Of a DNA stretch of 64,000 nt, positions 38,311 through 53,178 are shown one piece after another. The stretch's first letter is position 1; every line of letters starts with the position of its first letter. The stretch spans positions 10,604,001 to 10,668,000 of the forward strand of contig CM075991.1 of assembly GCA_038087875.1 (NCBI GenBank), read 5' to 3'. Made by a program: the position numbers and the translations under genes. The notes under the pieces are model-generated. The model had not been told where the DNA came from, did no database searches, and was given only the letters and a program-made list of their open reading frames with translations. This stretch comes from Malacoraja senta. Lineage: Eukaryota.

Positions 38311-40859
38311 TCAAATCACTGGCTTTTGTTCCCATTTGTGACACTTAAAATTGTCGTTCAATGTTCTGGCGAGGGCAAAATTATTTAACATGATATTGTT
38401 GTTGCTAACAGATTTCACATTGCAAAGTGTGTGTAATTCACACATTTCAAAGTGTGTGTAAGATCATATTGTCATGTGATCCTTTTAATTGATTATTATT
38501 AATTGATTCTTTAAAACACATAATTTGTCATGTTTTATTAATTATTTCAGGTGGTGTCACGAGTGGCGCAGCGGTAGAGTTGTTGCCTGACAGTGCCAGA
38601 GACCAGTTCCATCCTGGCTACAGGTGCTGAACGGAGTTTGTCCGTTCTCCCTGTGACCACGTGGGTTTTCTCCGGGTGCTCCGGTTTCCTCCCATGGTCC
38701 AAATATGTACAGGTTTGTAGGTTAATTGGCTTAAATAAGTTGTAAAATTGTCCCTAATGCCGGTAGGTTGGTGTATGGGGTCACTGTTCGGCCGAAGGGC
38801 CTGTTTTTAAGCTGTATCTCTAAAGTCTATCAATTAATTTGTGTGGGTACCTTTCACAAATAATTGAAGAAATCTTTTGAAGTAGTATGTTGATGATGAG
38901 ATGAAAAATAATTTATTCAATTTACCCCAAACAATGTTTACAGGATGTCTGAGTTGTTTTGTGTCATAAAACATCAAGGGTATGATGTCCTGTATCAAAA
39001 CAAAAATCTAATTCAAAAAGTTTGAAATCTCCCATCCCTAGCAGGATTTTTGAGGCAGCTGTAATTTCCTGAATTGTAAAGGGGAGAAGTGTTAGCACAA
39101 TAGACACAAAAAGTTGGAAACTCGGCGGGTCCGACAGCATCTCTGGAGAAAATAGGTGACGTTTCGGGTCTAGACCCTTCTTCAGACTCAACCCGAAACG
39201 TCACGTAGTCCTTTCCTCCAGAAATGCTGTCTGACCCGTGGTTACTCCAGCTTTTTGTGTCTATCTTCGGTTTAAACCAGCATCTGCAGTTCCTTCCTAC
39301 ACACTGTTAGCATAATGGTCGGTTCATGGCTGTGGAGGGTGTTTAATGGTATGGACATGCCTTTCATGCAGAACAAATAATGTATCAGACTGAGTCTGAG
39401 ACAAGCAGCAACTTGTACAGCAGAGGTAGACAAAGGTGCTGGAGAAACTCAGCGGGTGCAGCAGCATCTATGGAGCGAAGGAAATAGGCAACGATTCGGG
39501 CCAAAACCCTTCTTCAGACCCCGAAACATTGCCTAATTCCTTCGCTCCATAGATGCTGCTGCACCCGCTGAGTTTCTCCGGCACTTTTGCCTACCTTCGA
39601 TTTCCCAGCATCTGCAGTTCCTTCTTAAAAACTTGTACAGCGGTTTGTGAGAAATCCCACTTAGATACAAAATGTTAGCTTCCAGAAAGGCAAGCTGGCC
39701 AAATCACTCAAACACCGTAGAAATTTGTTTGAGAAACACTTGGAGAATATCCAGAGTTAATGACTTGTGCTTCATTTTGAGTGTCACAAGGACATGTTAA
39801 CCCGTGTCATTGGCCAATTACAGATGTAAATGACTTGGGATTTCTATTACTTTAGACCACTTTGGCACACTGACACAGTGGTAGAGCTGCTGCTGGGAGC
39901 CAGCGGGACAAAGGGTCTGTTTTCACACCGTATCGCACTAAGTTGGAGTTATGCAGCATGTCAGGCAGCATCTCTAGAGGACAAGCGTAGGTGACATTTC
40001 AGGTCAGGACCCTTCTTCTGACTGATTGTGGTGCAGGTTAGGCAGAGAAAGCTGGAAAAGAAGAGGGACAGGACAAAGTCTGAAGAAGGGTCCCAACCAA
40101 AAATCACCTTTTTTTTTCTCCAGAGAAAAAAAACGCTGAGTTACTCCAGCACTATATCGTATGTCGATCCTAGGGGCCGGACAAAGCCTGGCATGTGTGA
40201 TAGGGGCCTGTTTGACCAAACACCTGTGCTGGGACCTTCTAGGCCGTGATTCTTCTGCCCAACAAGGAGTTTATGAAATTTATGGTCACATGCATTTGTC
40301 TACTTGCAAGACAGGGGGAATGGAAAAATAGCTATTAAAACTGTAACAACAACCTAAATAAGGAAAATATGCCAGAGAAACACACTGGTCCTTATAAAAA
40401 TAAAACTGGGGTTGAGGGGGAAAGATAGATTAGCAATGATTGAATGGCAGACTTGATAGACTGAACAGCCTAATTTTAAGCCATAGGAGTAGAATTAGGC
40501 AATTCAGCCCATCAAGTCTACTCTGCCATTCAATCATGGCGGATCTATCTCTCTCAACCCCATTCCCCTGCCTTCTCTCCATTACCCCTGACACCCACAC
40601 TAATCAAGAATCTATCTATCTCTGCCTTTAAAAGATCCACTAACTTGGCCTCCACGGCCTTCTGTGGCAAAGAATCACACAGATTCACCGCCCTCTAACT
40701 AAACAAATCCCTCCTCATCTCCTTCCTAAGGGAACGTCCTTTAATTCTGAGGCTATGACCTCTGGTCCTAGATTCTCCCACTAGTGGAAACATCTGCTCC
40801 ACATCCACTCTACCCAGGCCTGCTCCTAGAACATACAAAAACAGCACAAGAATAAAGAC

Positions 40860-43800
40860 ATGACAAATGGTTTCAATCATTTTATTTGCATTAATCTTAA
40901 AATGAAAATTCAAATGTAATTTATGTTACATCATGTATGCACAAAAAAAATGGAGGATCTCTAGAGGCAAGTAAAAGATCAACAAAACATGGGGGGGGGG
41001 GGGGGGGGGGGGACACAAACCAGCTACAGTGTTGGCTTTCAACAGAGTCTGAGACTTTTGCATTTTGAGCTTTGCCACAATCTGAACGGATTGTTTAAAA
41101 GATTTTAAATTCAGCATACATACGGAGTGACATATTGAAATATAAATGAAAGCATTTGTGCAACCCTCAATAAGCAGTTCCATATATACACCACAGCACT
41201 TGACACATCTTAAATCCAACTCAAGTTTGATCATTTCTTAAATAAAAGTCTGAACTTTATCTAAAATGTGCAAGTTATTTGGACCAGACAGTCAAAGCAT
41301 TGCTCTCTGTATGCAAATGTATGCCACATCTATCTTAACATTGATTGCCAGCCCATTATTTTGGGTTGTGAATATTGATGCAATATAGAACAAGCTTGTT
41401 CCCACATTGAAGCAGGCAGGAACAAGGCAAAGCTGCTGGAGTCTCTTGATCCACAAACAATGTGTTGGAACTTGTGCAAAATGTGATCATGGCAAACCTG
41501 ATCAAAGTAGGGATTATGTGGCAACACAGACCCATCCATGTTTTCCTCTCTTCTGGGGCATCACGTCGGTTAACTAATCTTAAACCTGGGCATGTTTTTT
41601 TTCCTCCATCAGCCATACGAACCATAGATGTGGGCTTCAATCAAATTATTTACCCTCAAGCAGCTAAAATATAAGTGCACACTTTGCTGAATAGAATAGA
41701 GATAAAAGGAACTGCAGATGCTGGAATCTTGAGAAGCGCACTAAGTGCTGGAGTAACGTCACAGGTCAGGCAGCAATTACCAAGAGGGTGGACACAAAAT
41801 GCTGGAGTAACTCAGCGGGTCAGGCAGCAGCTCTGGATAGACGTTTTGGGTCGAGACCTGAAACGTCACCTATTCCTTCTATCCAGAGATGCTGCCTGTC
41901 CCGGTGAGTTACTCCAGCACTTTGTGTCATCTTCGGTGTAAACCAGCACCTGCAGTTCCTTCCTACACAAATTGCAAGGAGGGAATGGATAAGTGGCATT
42001 TTGGGTTAGGACCCTTCTTGAGCCAGAGCTTGTCCATCACCTGATGCTGCCGGAGCCATTGAGTTACTCCAGTGCTTTGTGCTATCGGTCGTAAATTAAG
42101 GTTCTGCATTCTCAAGTGCCAAACCACTGAACAAAATGTTTCTCAATGCAGAGTAGATTTTATTTAAAATTAATAACATCACAATCATTTCCTGCAAGAA
42201 GGATCAAGGAGTTATACATAATGATGTGGATTTGACAATACTACCCTGCACAGCGAGCTCCCGGCTTCATTTAGGTTAATTGATTTCAGAGAATCAAGCA
42301 AAATTAAATCTGGATATCTTACTTTAAAAAAATTGAAATCTATCAAAAGCAAGCTCGAATTAAATTAACACAAACCAATTTAACACATGAAGACCGAGTA
42401 TACATCTAATTCGGATGCGATTTTTATTCCCCTGCAAATAGAAAAAAAAAGTTTTGAAGTTACCACTGAAATATAACCAAGGATCTTTCTTCTATTGAGT
42501 CACAAGTTGGTAATACATTGGCAGATCATGCTGTAATTCAATTTATTGTTTCTTTAGTATGTAACAAACCTTAGTTTATATACTGCAAGTGCAACTCTGG
42601 TTAAAGATGTGCATAATGTCTCTACCAAGATCACCCTCCTCCCAGAAAACATAAGCAAGCCTTAAAAATTACAGCGTACCAAAATTCCAACATGACAATT
42701 ATCAAATACTTTATCAAAAACATAAGTGACATTTCAAATTCAAATGTAAAAAAATCAGTATAATTTACACTAGCATATGTAAAAACGCACTGCTCCCTGA
42801 ACTGAAAGACAGATTTGAAGACTTAAAAGTATTTTGCGGAAATCTCTTCAAAACTCACAGGGTTCACTTTTACGATTCTTGGTCATGGATCAGAAATGCA
42901 ATCATTTTGGACTGCTAACATCTAAAAGTGAAGAATCAAACTTCATTTTGAACAAATAGGAGACTTCTCCTAACCGCCAGCAAGCCCATTTCCTAGTTAT
43001 TTTCCAAACCAGAATCACGAAACCTCAATCACAAAATTCAGTCAACTCCTTGCATCCATTTTACAGGTTCCCTCTGATGGTAAGTGAAGGGAGACAAAAA
43101 AATAATAATTCAGAAGGGACATTGAAAAATGTAATCTCAACAAGCCTGCCAAGTTCTAATATGATGTTATATTCTCTCCTCCAGAGATTCTGATGCACTC
43201 TGTTTTCCAACGCTCATTAGAAATTAAATACTTTAAAAACTGATCCTGTTCCCAGTTTCCAAAGTCAGCACTACAACTTTCTCCCTTATTTGCTCGCTTC
43301 CAGAAGTCAGTTCTAAATGTACCAGGAACACTCAAGAAGTCAGTCACCATTTGAAAGATTTTCCAGGTTATTTCACTGGTAGGAACATCTTTGCCAACAT
43401 CAAATCTAGATTTTAGGTTCTGGCAGGAGTCAACTCTGAAATCCTGTGCCAACCTTGCCTGTATTTTAGACAATCTAGACAATTGTTACAGCCCTCTACA
43501 TTTGAGAACAATTGAAACTGGAGATTTACTACCTTCTGAAAGTAACACAAGTGCAAATTTGAGCTCTGGGCAAAGAATTACAACCCAGGGCCACCAATTC
43601 CTACGTGCAGGAAGTGTTCTGGCAGGTGTTCTGGCAGAGTTGTCATGGGAGCTTCTTGACTTGAAGACATAAACGGGCTGAGATTGGAAAGGTATCTTAC
43701 CTTGAAATTTGGAGTACCTGTCAACATTAAAAAAAAACTAGACTTAAAAAAGTTCAAACTCATCCCTATACTTTCCCACCCCCATCACTATGCTCACATT

Positions 43801-45526
43801 GTACCAAACTGAATACAATAAATGCACACTAACAGCAAACCAGCAATATTTGAACAAAGGAGTTCCACTTGGCTGTATTACCAAAACTGCCCATCCTCCT
43901 CCAACATTATATAGAATTAGTTAGGAGTTGCCTGCCGTGAAATATGAAGATCCCTCCATCTGACAACTGGTCATTTTCAGTAGTCACCAACCTTACTTAA
44001 AATAAAAAGGCCATTTAAGCTAATTATTGCTATATTTAAAAGAAAATTCCCCCTTGCCCCAAAACTATTTGCTATAATGCAACCACAAGTAAAAAGTTAC
44101 AGCATGCCGCAAAGTTGCCTTTATTCACCTCAATGTGTAAAAACTTTAAAACATTTTCAATAGTAAAGCATGACTGATCAAGTTTTGAAAAAAAGTAGTC
44201 TAGTTAAGGCAACTGGGCACAGTCCCCAAAGTGCATCTAATAACATTAGAAGTATAGGCAACACAGTGTCCACAATATACAACAGTACATGCTCTGTGTT
44301 ATAATCCAAAACTGCGGATAAAAGACAGCCAACACAAGCAGTGACCGGAAAACCACAATTGACAAATATATGTGCCGTTATAAATCAAAGCATTTTAAAA
44401 AAATCTGAGCGAAGGGTGGATTCATACAACCAGTAGGTTGCAGGCAGTATGAACTGTTCAATACTGTAATCAAGGGGGTTTTCTTCTGGCGGGGGATAGG
44501 GAGGAAGGTGTGAGGAAATAAACTAGTTGTATGTTGCCTCCTGCAGTGTGGCGTTGGATTAAAGAGTTTTTATGTTGTGACACTGTTCAGAAAAGTTAAG
44601 AGATTCTCCACTGGTTTGAAACCTATTACACGCAGAAAGTGATGCATTGATCAAAATGGACGACAAATGCAAGACAACCAAATCGCACGAGAAAGTGAGG
44701 GCTTTCCATGTCAACTGTCCATGTACAAACACGCCTCAAATGGCCAAATCAAAACGCACACAATAACAATAGAGGGAGGAGAATGCGCACCAACATAGAA
44801 GTACAAAATCGCTCACTGTCTTTTGAACCCAAACAGTACATTTAGAGACTGTGTTCAATTAACTAGTCTACATTTAACTTGCCTATTTGCAGCATGAGCA
44901 ACATACAGTCATACTGCAAATCAACTCATTTAAAACATACATTCAAACTGCACAAGTTCCAGTTTGTTTCTAGCTCAAGGTCAAGAATCATTGGTTGTCC
45001 ATCTTCCCTCAAATGAATACAAAACAAAACGGGAGGTAGGTGGAACACGAACAAAGTAGGAACCCAGACTACAAATCCATCAGTCAAGAATCCAAATTAA
45101 TCCAATTTACATGCAGCAATATTTTTCCCCCAATAGCATTTTTTTAATTTGCTTCACGAACAGCTTTTGATAAATGCAGCGTCTGTGTGTGTACTCTTAG
45201 CTTCCAAGGACAGAGAATCAACACTGCAATGTCCTTTATGAAATAGATGGAATATCTGTGCACCTTGGGCCTTTCAATTTGGTTGAAGGGCAAGGTCCTC
45301 AAAACACTGACATATGGCTAGAACCAACAACTTATGGACGTGCATTTTTTGAAGTTATTCACAAAAATATCGAAGAACTACTTAACAACAAGAGACAATG
45401 GATTTTTCCCACAGAGCATGCTCACAATGATCACACGTCACACTGTGTACACGCAGGAAATGGGGATCTTGAAGGTAGAAAAAAGAAGCACTAAGATCAC
45501 GCTGATGTGGAAAACAGGGAGAAAAA
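40860..45526 (-). other. MOB1A: Putative MOB1A 3'UTR (about 4.6 kb); candidate distal AATAAA at 40881-40886 on the minus strand
   Basis: Transposon-poor AT-rich stretch after the stop codon; tttatt on the plus strand; repeats resume just beyond it. Confidence 0.6.
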
Positions 45527-45604
45527 TCATCTGTCCTTTGATCCAAGTTTTTCAATTAGATCTTGAAGAGGAGCAAGTTCTTTCCTGTCAATCAGATTAA
45601 ATTC
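45527..45604 (-). CDS. MOB1A: MOB1A exon 6 coding part (EFNLIDRKELAPLQDLIEKLGSKDR*)
   Basis: ttcag acceptor and TGA stop; the six exons sum to 651 nt (216 aa plus stop). Confidence 0.95.
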   Translation of the reverse strand, partial: EFNLIDRKELAPLQDLIEKLGSKDR

Positions 45605-47194
45605 CTGAAATTTGGGAGAAAATTAAAGTTATTAAAAGAGCTAGTAGAATATAGAACATTACAGCAGAGGAACGGGCTCTTTGGCTCAAAATGTCCCATG
45701 ATGCCAAGTTAAACTAACGTCTGCCTGCACATGATCCATATCCTGCCATCTCCATGTACCTAGACAGTTGATGCCTCTTAGATGTCATTATCGAAAATGC
45801 CTCCACCACCACCCCCAGCAATGCATTCCAGGCACCCACATTCGGTGCAAAAAAAATTGCCCCGCACATCTCCCCCCTCTCACCTTAAAACTACATCCTC
45901 TACCCAGGAAACAGGTTGCGACTGTCTACGCTATCTATGCCTCTCATAATAGTGTATACTTCCATCAGGTCTCCCCTAAACCGTCTATGCTCTGGTGAAA
46001 ACGATCTACGTTTGCCCGACCTCATAGCTTAAACCCTCTACTGCTCCTGCCCTTTTACCCCTAGGGTTGAATGTAGAGAAAAGGAGTCCTTGATATCTCA
46101 ACTCATTAACTTTTGGCATATTTACCATATTGATCTCCGTTGCTTTGAGAAAATCTTCATACCCCTATTAAAACAGAATTCCCTGTCATGGCTAAAGGCC
46201 GTTGGTTTCAAGCAGTAAGAATCAGGCCATCTTAAACAATTATTCCTTTCGAAAGAATGAACTGCAGTTGCTGGTTTTCCAAAAAAAAAAGGACAAAGCA
46301 CTGGAGTAACTCAGGTCAGGCAGCATCTCTTGAGAACATGGATAGGTGACATTTCGTGACTGAAAGGTCCCGACCCAAAACATCACCTATCCATGCTCTC
46401 CAGAGATGCTGCCTGACCCCGAGTTACTCCAGCACTTTGCGTCTACACTTATTCTTGTGTTGTTGATGTACTGTGTGTACCTTTATTAACGACAATTATA
46501 GATTAATGTACAGTAAGTGAATCACGTTCCAGCAGCTCTAGTTGTGTTCTGCCAGGCACTGCAAATGAGAGTCTGGATTTTAAGGGATGTGGTATTAATT
46601 AAAGCTATTTTAAGTGCTCATGTAACTCCAAGTTAATCTAATAGAAAATAACATGACGCACACGTTAATTTAATATAAAACTACGACATGGTTGGTGATT
46701 AAAGTTCTATGGCGTTACTATTTAATTATGCCTTTTCTTTGGCTCAGTATATTAAAAGTGTTATTATTCAAGCACTTTCCATAAATGTTCAAGATGGCGG
46801 CCGATCGTGTTGTGCTGCACAGGGTTAGCCAGAAACAAACAAAATGACCAATTTAATGAACATCATTAACTTAATCAGAAGGAGGTATCTTGGGAACAGT
46901 TACACTTCCATTTATAAAGAAAAGAAAATGGAGAAAACTAGCAGACTTCTAGTTTGCAGAAGAAAAGTGCCTGCATTTCTTAAAATAAAAACCCAGATGC
47001 CCAAGAGTACAGGGCAATGAAATTTGGTCATGAATTATCCTTTGATCCACTGTGAGAATCATAATGACATTGTGTCACAATTACAAGTGTGTGAAGGCGA
47101 ATGAACAGATTTAAATAAATAAATAAATAAATGGCACAACTTTTATCAAGATGCCTCGCCAAGTAGAGTCAAGAGTGCAGGGAGAATATTTTAC

Positions 47195-47358
47195 CTGAAC
47201 AAAAAATATGAAATGCTTGAAGGAAGTGTTGAGGTGGGCCTCTTCCTGTAGCTGCATCACAGAGTCAAAATGCTGGTGGTAGATGTGAGCGTAGACCCTA
47301 AACAGCCGCTTCAGAATGGTCTTGGCCACAGACATGAAGTTTTTTGGAAAGGGTACCC
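47195..47358 (-). CDS. MOB1A: MOB1A exon 5 (VPFPKNFMSVAKTILKRLFRVYAHIYHQHFDSVMQLQEEAHLNTSFKHFIFFVQ)
   Basis: gcag and gtaaa boundaries; 164 nt. Confidence 0.95.
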
Positions 47359-49125
47359 CTGCAATGAATAAACATGATGAATCAAAAATACTTAAGAGTT
47401 TATAGCTTTCAAACTCAAATTTAAAAAATCATAAAAAGGAAAATATCAACTTCAGGTGTCATCAGAACTTGTCCAAATTTTAACAGCCAAAGTATAGAGT
47501 AAAATCTTGTAGGTAATAAAAGTTAAGGCTGAAGATTCTTAGGTCAGCCAGCATTGATGGAGGCAGAGACAATTCTTAGTTTGTTTTTCGTGCTCCTGTC
47601 CCAAGATGTGTAATCACCTCACTAATCCGCAAGGATGAACTTTCAGACTTTAGAGATACAGCGTGGAAACAGGGCCTTCGGCCCACTGAGTCCGCGCCGA
47701 CTAGCGATCACCCCGTACACTAGCACTATCCTACACACTAGGGACAGTTTACAATTTTTACCGAAGCCAAAGAACCTACAAACATGTACGCCTTTGGAGT
47801 GTAGGAGGAAACGGAGAGCCTGGAGAAACCACCACGTCACAGGGCGAACTCTGCACAGACAGCACCCGTAGTCAGGATCGAACCTGGGTCCCTGGCGCTA
47901 CCCCACTTTGTCACCCTAATCCGCTCGTGATTATTTGCTTTACATTCGGTCAGGCCTCGCATGGCAGACATTCAGCCCATGGCGGACCAGAACAAATCCT
48001 ACCTGCAAAGTAACCAAGAAAAACTTGGCACGTGTCAAAGCCAGCTCCCATCTTAGTATTGAGAGAGAAAAAAGGACACAAAATTGTCCTTCAAAATGAT
48101 CATAATAATTTTTCTTCCTCTAAGCTGCAAGTTCTCCTTTTAAATGATTGAGACCCTGCACTTGGTATTCACAGGCACAGGATTCATGAACAAGGCTTGT
48201 GAGCACACTTACCAAGGATCTGCACCTCACATTCTGACGCCGATAAAAAAATATTTAATCTCTCATTCCCACCATTCTACGGTGAGACCGAGGGGTTAAA
48301 TAATTTGCTCTAACTTACTTTAAAAAGGGAAAAAAATGGAAAGTAACCGGAGTATGCCAATGCTGGTTTAATTAAAATGGTCCAATTGTATCAGGTCAGG
48401 AAGGATGCAATGCAACTAATCACAAGGTTCCTGTAGCTCATGTTCAGCTTTGATGGAACCCAAGGCAGGGGTATCAAAGTGGGAGAGAGAATTAACGGTC
48501 TCTCTCCTCTCCCCCCCCATCCTCTCTGACAATTCCAAATATTTACTCTACTTCTCCCATTAACCCCCCCACCCACCCACATTTCGTCATTCACGCCATT
48601 TTTTTTTACCACATCCAGTCTTTCATTCCTTTCCTTTACTCTCTTCTTCCCTCCACTTTCCCCGCATCTTAATATTTATTTTAGCGCTAACATTTCCCAG
48701 CTCAGCAATACAATCCATTGACTTCCTCGCCACAGACTTCATGACGCAGCTAAGCATTTAGAGCATTTTACATCCATGTTCATAAGTCATTGGAGCAGAA
48801 TTAAGCCATTCACCCCAGTCTACTCCACCATTCAATCATGGCTGATCTATCTTTCCCTCTCAACCCCATTCTCCTGCCTTCTCCCCATAACCTTTGACAC
48901 ACTTACTAATCAAGAACAAGCCAATTTCCGCTTTAAAAATGCCCACTGACTTGGCCTCCACAGCCGGCTGTGGCATTGAGTTCCACAGATTCACCATCCT
49001 CTGGCTAAAGAAATTCCTCCTCATCTCCTTGCTAAAAGGTACATCCGTTCTCGCTCTAGTAGATTGCAATTTCATTTTCAACGAAGAGCTTTCATTTCCA
49101 AAACAGTTGAGAGAAAATGGCTTAC

Positions 49126-49259
49126 CAATCTTGGATGGAAAGAGGGTCTCATCGTCGAGCTGGTCCTGTACCCATGTCATAAGGTAGTCAATGTACTTTG
49201 GAGCAGAACATTTGATTGGCTTTTTAATGTTTGTGCCATCAGCCCAGTGGTATTCGTAT
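49126..49259 (-). CDS. MOB1A: MOB1A exon 4 (YEYHWADGTNIKKPIKCSAPKYIDYLMTWVQDQLDDETLFPSKIG)
   Basis: aag acceptor, gtaag donor; 134 nt. Confidence 0.95.
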
Positions 49260-51684
49260 CTTGGTGGTAGAGATGACAAGAAAGAACACAATGCATGAAT
49301 ACTGAAATTACAATATCTAGTTAACTGACTTTTAGGATACCACATTTGAGATTATTAGTTAGACTGTACTGCAAGTCCATTTGTTATTTTTGGTCATATT
49401 TTCTTAAAACATGGAATAAAGTCCATCATTTCCATTGTGGGAGTCAAAACAATCCGATCAATTGTATTCCCCATTCATGCAACCTATTCCCTCTTGCACA
49501 CCATCAACTTCACCAATTCTTCTACCATCCAATCTACATGGGGGATAAGTTAGAGTAACCAATTAACCTCCCTAACCCGAGCGACCAGCATGACTTTGGT
49601 AACCCAGACATTCGCTGGGGTAATCCACTCGAAGGATCAAGGACCAAACCCAGTTGACCGAAACCATGATGCAGTCGGACTACACATTACACCACTGTAC
49701 CACTTTTGCTTGGATCATTCAACAATTTTATCATGAAGCAGGAAATCCCAGACTCAAACTTCTTTCCCACAAATTGTGCCAACCATGCTCCCTTCAAAAT
49801 GAAAATGCAAGTACTGGCATTCTTCTGTTAGAACCCATCCATCCTGTTGCTCGTTGCTTCCTTCGTTAAGCTTACACACGTGGCCAGAACGTTCCATGCT
49901 ACCAGGCCTTCAAAACTGCCTCATCCCTCACCTTGCTTCCTCTAACCGTATAATGTCAGAGTGGCAAGTTGCCATATTTTCGCGGCAGAGACCCAGGTTC
50001 AATCCTGACCACGGGTGCTGTCTGAAAGGAGTTTGTACACGCTCCCTGTGACTGCATTGGATTTCTCCAGGTCCCCCAGTTCCCTCCCACACTCCAAAGA
50101 GGGAATGGGTTAACATAGAAACATAGAAAAGAGGTGCAGGAGGAGGCCATTCGGCCCTTTGAGCCAGCACCGCCATTCATTGTGATCATGGCTGATTGTC
50201 CCCAACCAATAACCCGGTTGCATAAGTGGGGGAATAAGATTGATCAGATTGTTTTTGATTCCCAAAGGTACAGTTTTCTAGCTTAATTGGTTCAGGAAAA
50301 ACTGTAAAAAGCGGTCCCAGGTGCGTAGATAGTGTACAGGGTGAACGCTGGTCGACGTGTACATATTGGGCCGACCGAGCTGTTTCCACACGGTATCTCT
50401 TAAGTCTAAAAGTAAAGCCCATGAAGCCAACTTCCTGCTTTCTCAATCCTTTTCTTACTGGCCCATGCCTAATTACTGCGAACCAATATTACTGAGCCCA
50501 ATACAGTTTCCTTTTGTTTCTTTAGGTATCGCTCTTCCTGCTTTCAAGTCTGCTGTCATCATTGCAATGCGTCAAGTCCATTTCGAAACACTGCTGAATC
50601 AAGCTGACGCCTCCTAATTTTTTCCTACTGTTCTACATTCGAGTTCCGCCAAACCAGTCTCCAGCTGTCCTGTATCATAAACCATATTCCTTACTGCCTC
50701 AAACATAGCACATTATCCTTTTGTAGACAAAAATGCTGGAGACTCAGCGGGTGAGGCAGCATTAGATGCTGCCTCACCCACTGAGTTTCTCCAGCATTTT
50801 TGTCTACCTTCAATTTTTCCAGCATCTGCAGTTCTTTCTTAAACATTATCCTGTTGCTATCTCTACCTCACCGTTAAAGCCCTGTCCCACTGTACGAGTT
50901 CATTCTAGAGTCCCCCCCCGAGTTTGCCCTGATTCGAACGGTAATGGCCGCTCGTAAGTACTTGGGGCTCTCGTGGACATTTTTCAACATGTTGAAAAAT
51001 CTTCACGAGTCTTCCCGAGCTTACCTGCCATTAGCGAGTCTTCCCGAATACCTGCCGTTAGCGTTACGAGCCGCTAAGAGACGTCTCCGAGCTCCGACGT
51101 ACCCGCTACGTTCATTCTACGTGCTTACCACGAGTTTGATTTTTTTTTTTTAACTCGGGAGAGCACTTGAATGAACTCGTACAGTGGGACAGGGCCAGTA
51201 GTCTCCTTTCTTCAGCATTACACCTGCTGACCCAAACCTCCGTCGCTCTTTTCACAAGGAATCCCACCCGCTTACCTCAACGTCCCCTCGACCCATTGTT
51301 ATAAAATGAGATTTGCACCTTACAAATAAAGATTACTTTTGTCTGAAATGGCTACCTTTTATCTGGAGGACGGAACCCCCAAGTTCCCAGCCATCCAGCT
51401 ACAGGAAACAGACTGTCAAAATCGGCACACTGTCAAAATCTAAAAATACTGCAGGCACAAAAGGGAGCCTCTATGAAATTGCCTAATGGTTTGTTCCCTT
51501 GAGTTTAGAACAACCTTACTCTAACTTTCATTGCAGGACAATCCCTCGTACCTCAGTCACCAATCTGGTGAATTTGCATGACACTGACTCATGACCAAAC
51601 CCACACCACAAAGTCGTTGTCAACCTTGCTATCTAGAGGCATCACACAAGTCTCACCCTACAATGTAGGGCACATCTTTCTCAC

Positions 51685-51778
51685 CTTGGTCCTGCTGACA
51701 TAACTGGGCAGCTTTGTTCTGTACAAAACTCTGTTATTGTTCCATATAACATGTTGATTTGGTTGAAGAAGTCCACAG
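51685..51778 (-). CDS. MOB1A: MOB1A exon 3 ([32 protein letters not shown])
   Basis: ttcag and gtgag boundaries; 94 nt; translated by hand. Confidence 0.94.
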
Positions 51779-53011
51779 CTGAAAAGAAATAACAGCCACA
51801 TTGCCACTGTTACCTCCATGCCATTCAGTAAGCAAATCCTCAAGTGACTGTCCCCATTTTAAAACAGTTACAGGAACACTTATGTTATTCTTGAACTTTA
51901 ACCAAAATGAATATGGGTCTCTAAAAACTATAAATAATCTCATGCTTGGTACACTAACAATTTTATTCCAAGACATTTCACTTTCATTCTTCCAAAATGT
52001 TTAATATTTTCTTTGACGGTGAAAGCTGAGGGACAGGGAAACAGATGAAAGGACATTAAACACATTTCTGCAGCTCCTTTGATACAAGACCAAAGTGAAA
52101 AATGATTTTCAATTTTACATTTCATGAAGGGAACTATAAAAAGGATTTGGTTTCAAGACGACGTCGAAATACAAATGGCACAAACATGTAACTTGACAGT
52201 AAAAAAAATCCAAAGCCATCAATAAGGCTACGATCAAAGGCAATGGTGTAGTGGACATTTGGCCTGTTTTGCATGTCATTGAGGACGGCATGCGCCTTTA
52301 AATTTTAGACTGCCCGTTATATTGTGGGTGGGATTTATGACGGGATTTTGGGCGTGTTTGGAGCTTAGATGCTTGCGCAGAAGTTTAGTTTTTACATTAG
52401 TTTGGAGAGACGACGGGGAGGTTTAACCCTTCGATCATGGGGGTATCCATACCAGATCTTGCCAGTGTTACGTATCATGTGTATCAAAGATATTCCCCTT
52501 ATCCCTGCTTATCCAAATAGCGACTAGGGAGTTAATTTCCCGAAAGATATGAAAATCTGCCGCTACAAATGGACCAAGTGTTGTTGCTAAATGGGATTAC
52601 AATATATGATCAATATGGACCAGATGGGTAGAATGGTCTTTTTCCTTGCTCTTTAAAAATGAAAGCATGCTCAATTTAAATAGCATCTTGACCACAACAT
52701 TTGCCATAAAGCCGTCATGGGACAGCAGGAAAACGTGGTCGCAAAGTGGTAGCGTAACTCAGCAGGTCAAGCAGCACCTTTGCGGAACATGGATAGGTGA
52801 CAGCTTGGGTCAGGACCCTTCTTTAGATTTTTCCTTGCTTCTACAGGAAAGCTTGGTCAATCAGGGAGGGTTAAGAAAAATGTTATGGAAGGGGCAGAGT
52901 ATTCCCGAACTTTGCACCCTGGCGGCTGAAAAGATAATCAGCAGTGGCACAACTTCACAGAAGTAGAGAGAGAGAGAGAGAAAACCACAAGTGCAAATTG
53001 GCCAAACTTAC

Positions 53012-53178
53012 TATTGACAGCAATCCATTCATTAAGATCCTCGCCTTCTGGTAACATAACAGCCTGGCGGAGATTACCACTGCCCAAGGTTGCTTCGGCA
53101 TGCTTTAACAACTCGTATTGGTGAGAACCTTCTGGAATGTTCTTTTTTGGTTTGAAAGTTCTATTACTCCGATTCCCA
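53012..53178 (-). CDS. MOB1A: MOB1A exon 2 (GNRSNRTFKPKKNIPEGSHQYELLKHAEATLGSGNLRQAVMLPEGEDLNEWIAVN)
   Basis: ccag and gtaagt boundaries; 167 nt; LRQAV and WIAV are MOB1A-type rather than MOB1B-type residues. Confidence 0.95.
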
